Part shown: positions 33,094 to 42,700 of the stretch, piece by piece
Layout of the letters: each line of letters opens with the position of its first letter
Numbering within the stretch: the first letter of the stretch is position 1
Origin: Rhynchopus sp. YZ270_cl-10
Lineage: Eukaryota
Direction of reading: 5' to 3'
Assembly (NCBI GenBank): GCA_964035575.1
Contig: OZ037836.1
Coordinates: forward strand, 1,550,001-1,614,000
DNA: 64,000 bases
The notes under the pieces: model-generated
Told to the model about the DNA's origin: nothing
Seen by the model: only the letters and a program-made list of their open reading frames with translations
Databases searched by the model: none
Made by a program: the position numbers and the translations under genes

Positions 33094-36069
33094 CGACGTG
33101 GTGTGTTGGTGGCAGGGCAGCACCTCCCCGAGGTGGAGGGTCTCTGGCAGTATGTCTGCTTGCGTCCTCTGGTTCGGAGAAGAAGAGGGGCACAGTCTTG
33201 CTCACCGTGGCACAGACTACTACTTGGTGCGAGAGGAGAGCTGTGCTGAGCAAGACGTTCCACACATTGTGTTATGTGTTTTGATTCCCCTTTTTTTGTG
33301 TGTAGCAACACTTGTTTTCCCCCTCACCCCCTGTTCTTTTTACCCCCACCCCTTTCCTTCGATACCTGCTTGTTCTTCATCCCATTGTGAATATACCCCT
33401 TGGTATTCATTTACCTGTATCAACTCTCGCACAGAAGTTTCATGAGTAAGGAGTGAGTGAGTATTGCTTGATTTTGTTAACCCGACGTCCCCTCCCCCTC
33501 CCCCTCCCCCTCCTTCAACCCGCTTTAGCGGAGCAGCTTCGCTGCGAGTTGGGAGATCTATGATAGAGTTTACCTAATCTTTGTTTTGACGTGGCACGCA
33601 TGCTGTCTTTTAGGCAGAATATTTTTTTTTAGTTTTCCTCAGGCTTTGACCTGGTTGGCCGGGGTCCGTTTTTGTGTTTTCAGCCTCTACCCTCACTATA
33701 CCACCACCATCTTCATCAGATTTTTTGTTGGAATTTGTTTTGGGTTGTTTCGGCCTCCACATTCGCCCCCCTCATCGTAGCGCCTCTTTTCGAGATAAAA
33801 AGTATCCCCCTTCCCTCCTCTCCATTTTATCATTTTTCATTGCTGTTCGCCCCTCGCGGGTCTTTTTAGGTAATCTCTATCTATCTCAGATCTCCCTCCC
33901 CCTCCCCCTCCCCCTCCCGTTGTAAACCAGATCCCCTCCCCTACGAGTTCCATGAGTGATCGCTACTGGCGTTAATAATCCTACCAAAAAAGACCAACAA
34001 CAAAGACAAGAACGGAACTTCTGTATTGTAAAAAGAAAGCCTCACACCCAGCCCCCACTCCTCCCCCCTTTCCTCCCCTCCAGAACGACATCTTCATCAG
34101 GAAAATTGTCAAAATTCTTTCGTTTAACATTGTGAGCAGCGTTCGGTGTTACAAATGTGTGACTGAGTGCGGGGATGCGTTCAAGAATTAAACACTCCCC
34201 CCCAAACCCCCTTTTTCGTCTTTGTTTTCTTTATCCAAACGGCAAAGTGGATGCGAAATAATTTTACTCTCCCCATTTTATATTAGGGTGACGTCACAGA
34301 GCCGGCACAGTCGTTGAGTGCCTCACATAACCTAAAATTACTTCTTATTTGCTTTTATTTATTGTCTTCACGCTTTATCGTTGTTGGGTTGGGAGATAGA
34401 AGAACAGGAAAATATCAGGGTTCTCACTCTTCTACAAAAAAAAAAAAAAACTGGCGTCAGCCCAGAGACACATTACCTCTGCCACACCTTGGGGGGGAGG
34501 TGTGCGGGCTGTGTCCCTACCGCTACCTTGCCATTTTTGAAAAGAGGTCAGTGTTTCTTAGCTGTAACCTCCAACACCCCCTTCTTAGCATGTGGCCGTG
34601 CATTGGTGTACAACACCTTGATGCGGACTACCCCTTTGAAGGTTCTTTTCATCCTAAAAGTTGCTCTTAAGGGTTCAGGACGAACGACATCTATACCTTC
34701 CGTACAAGGCTTCGGCCAACATTGAGTACAGGCCCGAATTCTCCCACCTGGTGGGATTACTCGGTGATTGTCGACACAACAAAAAAGAAACTGGGCAAGG
34801 TGTCTGAAATGGTCAAATAATGGAAAACAGAGAGAAAAAAAAAATAGTGGGGATTTTTCAGGGTGTTTTTGACCAAAAAAAGAGTGAGGGGAGTTGGGTC
34901 CGGTCATAGGACGTGGAGCAGTTGTTTTTGAAAATTTCTTCCGAAAATAAAATATTTTCCGCGGGAAGATGACCAAAGACCTCTAACACACGACGCATGC
35001 ATGTAGAAGAGGGAGCAAGAGGCTTTATGATGCACTGATGGCGTGGTGTCACTTGATGGTGTGACTGGGGGGACTGAGGGGGGAGGACGCGCTGTGCTGT
35101 GCTTGGGGTGCTTGGGGTGCTTGGGGTGTGGAGTCAACTCTTGTGCTGTGCTGGAGGAAGGGGTGTGGGAGGTGGAGGTGCACAGTGTTGTGAGTGTGGG
35201 GGGTTTGGGTGTGGCGCTTCCCGCCGTCGTTTTGTGGTGATGATGGGAGGGGAAGCTGTGTCTGGCGGTGGGGGTGCTTTCGTGCATTTGTCTGGCACCT
35301 CAGCTTGTCTGTGGTTGCAGCACGAGAGCACCTTTGGCGTTCTTCCTTGCGTGGGGTGGGTGGAGACAGCGTGGAGGCTGTGCGGGTTTCTTGTGCAGAA
35401 CGGGGCAGGTAACGGTGCGTGAGAGGGGCAGGGGTACTGCCATGACTGGACTGGCATAGGGGGTTGCGTACCTTGACGAGCATGTACGGGAGCAGTATGG
35501 TGCGTGCTGGCAGCAGACGCTGTGGAATGGAGAGGTGGACGCTGCAGAGTACGATAGAGGGACGTCGAGGTGGTGGCAGCATTGCGTAGAGGCCTTCATT
35601 GGCGTGTGTCTCAGGGCACGCATGTGGACATCTACTTTGATGGGATCAGCTCTGATTGTACCTCCATGAGACGTATACGGAACGTTCTCGAGTCCGCAGC
35701 CTCATCCCGCAAAGACACCCCTCTCATCTCGTAATGTACGATGAGGGAATGGTTTGCGGGGTGACCCAGAGAACTGCTTCGTCAGCTGGTGTTCTGTGGG
35801 GGATGTGGGATGAAAATGTGGCATTGAAAGCACGGCGATGGCGGGGTTTTGGGATGACGTGACCCTGCAAGGGGTGACGCTCGTATGTGCAGACCCGAAG
35901 GTGAAGCTGACCTCGTTCGTGCACTACCGTACAAACGGAGGAACTGCAGAAAACACCAATAACGACGTTTTCGAAAGGTTGAAACCCTGCAAAATGGGGT
36001 ATTTCTTGTCTTGTCCTCCACACCCCACCACCACACACAGAGATCAGAACACAAAACCACACCAAACAA

Positions 36070-36830
36070 ATGTACGTGCACTTCGAGGATTTCAGAGCGA
36101 ATCAGCGCACAGTCGAGGTGGGTGAAGATGACACAGTGGAGGGCTTGCGGCGGAAGGTGGCGACTGCAATGGGGTTGCCTGAAGACAGCTTTTGCATGAG
36201 TTTCGGAGGCGAAGCGATGGGAGAAGGAGCGGACATGACGCAGCTGAGTGCTGGTGACACAATCATCCTCACGAAGACGAAGACGCAGAAGTACGAAGCC
36301 ATTGCAAAGCTTCATGCGTTGGGTGAGAGAAACATCACTGCAGAGAGGTTGGTGGAGGTGGAGGATCCTGAGGTGGCATGTTTGCTTCTGCAGGCGGAGG
36401 TTGCGACTGTCATTCCGTATGGGTTCTTGAGAGAGGCATCGTTAACGCACCTTGATCTGAGTGCTGTGTCCTTTGTGACACAGATTGAAGACAACTTCCT
36501 GGCAGACTGCACCTCGTTGACAAGTATTGACCTATCTGGGTTGAGCAATGTGAAGGTCATTGGCAGTAGCTTTCTTGACGGCTGCGAAGCTTTAACCAAC
36601 CTGGATCTGACACCACTCAACAACGTTACGAGGATTGAGGGTTACTTTCTTTGCAACTGCAACTCTTTAACCACCCTGGATCTTACACCACTCATCAACG
36701 TGACGGTGATTGGCGAGAACTTTCTTGAGAGCTGCAACTCTTTAACCACCCTGGATCTTACACCACTCAACAACGCGACGGTGATTGGCAATGGCTTTCT
36801 TTACGACTGCAACTCGTTAACCACCCTGGA
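36070..36830 (+). pseudogene. Ubl-LRR gene 5, 5' part, interrupted by retrotransposon copy 1
   Basis: Ubl + LRRs ending ...CTCGTTAACCACCCTGGA; continues at 44590. Confidence 0.9.
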
Positions 36831-36960
36831 GGGATACACACAACGTACACAAAAAGAAAGAATATAAACAATGTTTTCGTACATGGTGTCGAAGTCACGT
36901 CCAGCCTCCACGCGGAGTATCCCGGGCAACGATCCGTCACACGGATCGGCCAAGTGGACG
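36831..36960 (+). ncRNA. HDV-like self-cleaving ribozyme (copy 1)
   Basis: P1 GGGATAC/GTATCCC, P2 CGTCCA/TGGACG, P3 GCC/GGA with L3 TCCACGC, P1.1 CC/GG, GCAAC, P4 GATCCGT/ACGGATC, J4/2 GGCCAAG; G1 is the first base of the element. Confidence 0.85.
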
Positions 36961-39735
36961 CCACACCCGCCGGCGCCTGTGTGCTGCAGGTCGTGGAACT
37001 GCTATTGCAGTGACGAGGTGACGGCGGCGGCGGAGCAGGCGCACTGGACTGAGGGGCTACGGCAGCCCGCCTACCCGGGGGCAGGCGGCATGAAGCGCAG
37101 TGCAGGGGAGGAGAGGAAGGATCCCGATGTCTTCATCGGAGTAGTGACGGGCGAGAAGGTGCGGGACACGACGGGGCTGTGTGCGCTGGCGCGTGATGCG
37201 ACGGAGGAGGAACCAGGAACGCACTGGGAAGTAACCCGCCGCCTGGCAAACATCACCAAGGCAGAAGCCGCGTACGAGGGCATCCTGCTCGGGCTTCAAG
37301 GGGTGGCCGACGGGTCGTACCCGAAGGGCACCCACGCGCGCGTGTGGGTCACGCACTTGGTGGTCTGGAGGCAGGTGGCTGAGGGGCACGCCTGCGACTC
37401 GTCGTTGCTGAAGCCGAGGCTGGAGAAGGTGAAGGCGCTGCTGGGCGAGTTGAAGAAGAGGGGGATAAGGGTATCGCTGCAGCACTGCGCGAAGGCGGGG
37501 AAGGGGATGAAGGAGGCAGAGAGCAACGCCCAGCTGGTTGCAGGAGGGGTGTACGCCGCAAGGGGATGCAGGACGGAGACGCTGGCAGCTGCCGTGCAGC
37601 CAGGTGTCAAGGGACACCTGGAAAGATGGGGGTTGCGATGGGAGGAATGTGGGGGCAAGGGGGACTGTCTGTTCCGGTCGGTGGCGTGGTCTGTGGAGCG
37701 GTCCCCGAATGGTCACGCAGGCTTCCGCAGGCTCGCAGTTGAGGTGATGAAGGAGCAGAAGGCACACTACAGCCCATTTGTGGACGAGGGGTGCATTGAT
37801 GCATACCTGGCAGGCATGGCGCAGCTGGGGACATGGGGGGACCATTTGTGTCTCCATGCGATCGCCAAGGTGATGAAGGTCCGCATTGTTGTGCTTGACG
37901 TTGGACCGGAGAACGCGCTACGGGCTACGCTGATCGACGGGCAGTCCGACGGGCAGCTGGCAGAAGGAACTCCGGAGAAGGCTAACCTCACCTTCACGGA
38001 GTCTGACGTAGTCCTGGGGTTCGAGGGGGTACACTACGGTGCTGTGGAATCGGCAGGGTTGAAGGTGGGGGAGGAACTTCTGTGCGCAGTGGGACAACCG
38101 CAACTGCACGTACCGGCTACAGCTGTGAAGGGGAAGAAGAAGGCGACGGCGGTGACCCAGAGCGCAGCGGAGGATGCACTGAACCTGGCGCCCCAGGGAT
38201 GGAAAATACCGGTGTGGGATGCAGTGCCCAGCAATGTGGAAGGGGTGACGCAGGTGGCGGCAGTTGCGTGGAAGGCGAGCGAACTTCTGCAGGGGTTACA
38301 GTTGCTGCACCAACTTCCGCAGATGGTGATTGTGTCCCGTTCGAAGTGTACGGGTGCAGCGCGCACGAAGAAGGCGAAGGTGGCGGTGAAGACGGAGCGG
38401 GGAGCAAAGGTGGAAGAAGTGTGGCTGTCGTCCATGACAACTAACTTGGACGACGTGGTGAAGCCGGTGGAGAGCACGTTCTCGAGCAAGCTGATTACGC
38501 TGATGGGCAGAACGATGTTGCTCCAGGGGGAGGGGCGCACAAAGGGAGAGCAACGCATGCGTCGGTGGTACGGGTTGCAGGGGGTGCGGTGTGGACGCGG
38601 CTTGGAGAGAGGAGGATGGATGGAGATGTCTGTGGACGTGACGGAGGACATGGTGTGCGCCATGCTGAGGAGAAGCGGACGGGAAGGGGTGTTTGTGCGG
38701 CACCTCTTCCAGGCAAAGGAGTACGGGGACTGTGGGTTGTTGTGGAAGGCGGAACCGCTGGAGTCTGCTCTGGCACGGCTGGACCTTGTTGAGGAGAACA
38801 TGGAGGATAGCGTGCGCGGACTCGCCGTAGGGGAAGGGGGCTACGCGGTGCGGGTGATGAAGGGGGACTTGGAGGCTGCGAAGAGGCTTCTTGTGCAGGA
38901 GGACGTCGTCGTGCAGGGACACAGGTACGAGATTGGGGGAATTCCGGCGAACACGTCGGTCCAGCTGTTGTGTGAGGGGCTGGTGAGGGAGGCGAGCTGG
39001 ACGGTGAAGGTGCTGTCGCGAGGGCACAAGTGGACGGTTACGTCGGATGTGCCGTGCCCGAGCACAGAAGGGGTGCTGGAGGTGGGTGGATTGGTGTTGA
39101 CGGTGTGTGCGGTGAAGGAAGGGCGTCGTGTGCAGAAGGTGGGTGCGAATCCGTGGGGTTTCCCTCTGGCGCAGTTCCCAGTACCGAGGCAAGGAGCAGC
39201 AGAGAGCGGCGCTGGCACGTGGGCGGCTAAGGCGAGGGGATACGCACCACCTGCAGCTCGACCCCACCCTGCAACAGGGGCACCGGCGGCTCCGGCACCT
39301 CCCGCAGCTTCATCAGCAGCGCAGGACGAGATAGAGATGATGAAGAAGGAGATGAAGGAATTGCGGGAGATGATGAAGGGCGTCATGGAGCAGCAGAAGG
39401 AGATGTTGGAGGCACAGAAGCGGATGATGGGACAGCCGCAGCAGTCGGCACCAGTCGCGCAACCGCCGCAGCCTCTCGACATGGAACAGCTCAGAGCAGA
39501 ATGTGCTGAGATGAAGGAGACGGTGCAGCAGTGCAAGGACCAGAACGTGCAGCTGGCAGCGGAGAGCAAGCGGCTCACGGAGGAGAACGAGGCGCTGAAG
39601 AAGGCAGCTCGCGAGGCCAAGGACAAGGCCAGGGATGCTCAAGATCGTGGCGGTGAGGAGAAGAAGAAAGATACGACGACGGACGAGAACAGCCGCCCCC
39701 GCGACACGGACAATAACCGAGAAAGGTCGTATTAA
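36871..39735 (+). CDS. Retrotransposon ORF1: degenerate RNase H-like domain, OTU-like cysteine protease, C-terminal coiled coil
   Basis: TKAEAAYEGILLGL...THLVVWRQV...LQH (RNase HI-like pattern, acidic residues replaced); GKGDCLFRSVA / WGDH / HYGAV (OTU boxes); true start may be ATG 37090. Confidence 0.8.
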   Translation: MFSYMVSKSRPASTRSIPGNDPSHGSAKWTPHPPAPVCCRSWNCYCSDEVTAAAEQAHWTEGLRQPAYPGAGGMKRSAGEERKDPDVFIGVVTGEKVRDTTGLCALARDATEEEPGTHWEVTRRLANITKAEAAYEGILLGLQGVADGSYPKGTHARVWVTHLVVWRQVAEGHACDSSLLKPRLEKVKALLGELKKRGIRVSLQHCAKAGKGMKEAESNAQLVAGGVYAARGCRTETLAAAVQPGVKGHLERWGLRWEECGGKGDCLFRSVAWSVERSPNGHAGFRRLAVEVMKEQKAHYSPFVDEGCIDAYLAGMAQLGTWGDHLCLHAIAKVMKVRIVVLDVGPENALRATLIDGQSDGQLAEGTPEKANLTFTESDVVLGFEGVHYGAVESAGLKVGEELLCAVGQPQLHVPATAVKGKKKATAVTQSAAEDALNLAPQGWKIPVWDAVPSNVEGVTQVAAVAWKASELLQGLQLLHQLPQMVIVSRSKCTGAARTKKAKVAVKTERGAKVEEVWLSSMTTNLDDVVKPVESTFSSKLITLMGRTMLLQGEGRTKGEQRMRRWYGLQGVRCGRGLERGGWMEMSVDVTEDMVCAMLRRSGREGVFVRHLFQAKEYGDCGLLWKAEPLESALARLDLVEENMEDSVRGLAVGEGGYAVRVMKGDLEAAKRLLVQEDVVVQGHRYEIGGIPANTSVQLLCEGLVREASWTVKVLSRGHKWTVTSDVPCPSTEGVLEVGGLVLTVCAVKEGRRVQKVGANPWGFPLAQFPVPRQGAAESGAGTWAAKARGYAPPAARPHPATGAPAAPAPPAASSAAQDEIEMMKKEMKELREMMKGVMEQQKEMLEAQKRMMGQPQQSAPVAQPPQPLDMEQLRAECAEMKETVQQCKDQNVQLAAESKRLTEENEALKKAAREAKDKARDAQDRGGEEKKKDTTTDENSRPRDTDNNRERSY

Positions 39736-39743
39736 TCACGACC

Positions 39744-42700
39744 GTGGGCCTTGCCCCACTAAAGATAGTGTGCAGCAATGTGACGGCGCTGCAGACAGGC
39801 GGGAGCTCTCTGCTGAAGGTTGCGGAGGATGCTCACGTTGTTCTGGTACAAGAGACAAAGTGCACCGTGACGACGCAGAAGCGCCTCTCCATCGAGTACC
39901 GCGAGCAGGGTTGGCAGGTGGTGTGGGGTAAGGAGTTGCCGGAATGGAGGTCGGCCGAAGAAGCGAAATCTGGTGGTGTTGCGATTCTGGTGCAAGAGGG
40001 AATACCTGTGCTCACGAGCCCGCCCTCCTCAACCTTGGAAAAGAACCTCTGGGACTCAACGCGATGGGTGAAGGCGAAGGTGGCGTACGGCAAAGGCAAC
40101 GAGTGGATCGACGTGACCTCCGTCTACGCGCCGTCGGCGGACCCGGAGGCTAGGGAGAAAATACTTGGCGAGGTGATGGAGGCTGCTGCAGAGCTTGGTG
40201 ATATTCCTGGGGTGATTGGTGGGGATTTCAACGCAGGTCCAGGGAAATCAGGTGTGCTGGCTGCTACACTGGACACAGGATGGTGGAAGGACACTGCCGA
40301 AGAGCACGCAAGGGTGCTTGGGACGACCCCGGACAACACCTACTTCTCGGTGAAAGACGGCAAGGAGATCCGCAAGAGGCTCGATTACGTTCTGCTGAAC
40401 CGAGCTGCGTGCACAGGGCTGTCGTCTGTGAAGGTTGTCCACGACTCTGGGCTCCCGCAGCACAGACCGGTAGAGATAGCGCTGGATGTAGGTGCGTACA
40501 GGCAGATCGTGCTCGCGTACACTCTGCCGAAGCAGTTCCCTTTGGACAAGTGTGGACAAGGCGTGAAGAATGCACAAAAGGCGTTTGCGAGCAAGGAGCT
40601 GCAGTGGGGGGCGCTTCAACACCCTCAGGATAGGTGGATACAGTGGAACAAGTGGGCAGAGGACTTCTTGCTGCAGGCGTGCGAAGGCGAGATTGAGGGC
40701 CCGACGAAGGCGTATTGCGGAAGAGGCAAAACGTTTGACCCGAAGCCGAAGCACCGGACTGCGAAGCAGAGCAAGGAAGGGGACGCTCTGACAGTGAGCC
40801 AGAGAAGGCTGACGAAGAACGTGGGCAGGCTGGAAGAATGTCGGCTGTGGTACGTGAGGAGCAACGGTGGTGTGCCGCCACATGACGTGTGCAATTGTTG
40901 GAGCAAGGCGCGGAAGGAACTGCGTGTTCTGCTGGACGACGACTCACTGCAACAGGATATGCCTAGCGAGGAGGCTTTGGTGGATCTGTGCAGAGCCGTG
41001 CGAGTGAAGGTGTCAACGCTTGCGGACCGAGTGAAGCGGAAGCGACTGGAGGACTGGCGGCAGCGCCTACGGGATGCATGGCACAATGCTCCCAAGGCGA
41101 TCTTCAAATACTGCAAGGACGAACAGTACAGGAAGATGACTGCCCTGAAGAACGAGGATGGGAAGTTCACCGCCAACGCTGAGGAGATGGACACCCTCCT
41201 GCATGAGGCGTGGATGCCGATTCTTCGCCGATATGCGGAAAAGCCAGAGCCCGACTGGGGTGCGTTTAGGGAGAAGTTTACAGAAGACATCGCAGGCAAG
41301 GGGCAAGCGATGCAGATGGACAGGCTGACGGGGAAGGAGTTGCAGCAAACTCTGGGGAGGATGAAGACACAAACTTCTGCTGGGGTGGAGGGTTGGCGCA
41401 TGGTAGAGCTGAAGGCGCTTCCTCTGGTGCTGCTCGACAGGCTGGCAGATGTGTTTGATGCGATTGAGTGTACGGGGGAGTGGCCGCCTTCTTTGATGAG
41501 AGCACTCATTGCGCTCATCCCCAAAGGGGAAGACGACACCCCGCTGAAGCAGCGACCTATCACGATCACTTCGTGTATCTACAGACTGTGGGCGGCAGCG
41601 AGGTTGCGAAGGCTGATAAAGTGGCAGGAAAGCTGGATTGGTGAGCAACAGCACGGCTTCAGAGCAGGACACAGCACTGCACACCTGTACTGGCATCTGT
41701 CGCTCAAGCTGGAGAAGGCGGTACTGTCGGGTGACGACACAGACCAGGTATGGGGCTTCACGATCGACTACGCCAAATGTTTCGATCGTGTACCTCATGA
41801 GATTGTGCTATCGCTGGCGGAGGAGTGGGGCGCGCACTGGCGTATTCTTGGACCACTGAGGGCTGCGTACACTGCCATGGAACGCCGCTTCAAGTTGGGA
41901 GACGTAGGTGTGGGAGGCACCTTTCGTACGACAAATGGTATCCTGCAAGGATGCCCACTTTCTGTCGTGCTGTTGAACGCGCTGATGGCGGTGTGGGGAT
42001 CTGCAGTGACGAGAAGGACCGGAGCAATCGCCATGGGGTACGCTGACGACGTGTATGCTGTGGCGAACACGGAAGCGGAGGTGCATGGTGCTGCGAGGGT
42101 GACGAAGGAGTTTATCACTGCTGCGGACATGGAGGTCAAGGCAGAGAAGTGCGTAGGGTTTACCTCGAAGGAGGGAACAAAGACGAAGTTTGGACTTGGC
42201 GACGGGCTCTTCCCCGACAAGAAGCAGTTCGGGGCGGTTGGAGCAGACATTTTGGCTGGAAAGGGGAACTTCGGGCCCATCGCGCGTGAGCGTGCGGTTA
42301 CTGCGCACCGTGTGTTTACGAGGGTTTCGAGTGTGCCTTTATCCTTCACTGAGAAGGCACTTATTGGCGCAAGGGGACCAATGATGGCAGCGTTGCATGG
42401 GTGCGAAGTGACAGACTTCTCAAAGCAGACCATAGAGACGCTGAGGCAAGGGGCAGCACTGGCAGTCTGGGGGCAGGGCAGGAAGCAGCGCACGCTGAAC
42501 ATTGTGTGGCATGTGTTATCTCCGGTTGGGATTGATGCGCCAGCGGAGATTGTGCAGAGGAGGATGGCGGCCTTTCTCCGACTGACAGAAGATGACGGCA
42601 TGCGGAGAGAAGCAGAAGACGTGTGGAGGCTGGCACATGACCGAAGAGCGGAGCGGGAGGTGAGGCGGCGTGACAGGGCTTCAGATCTGGCACGTCTCCG

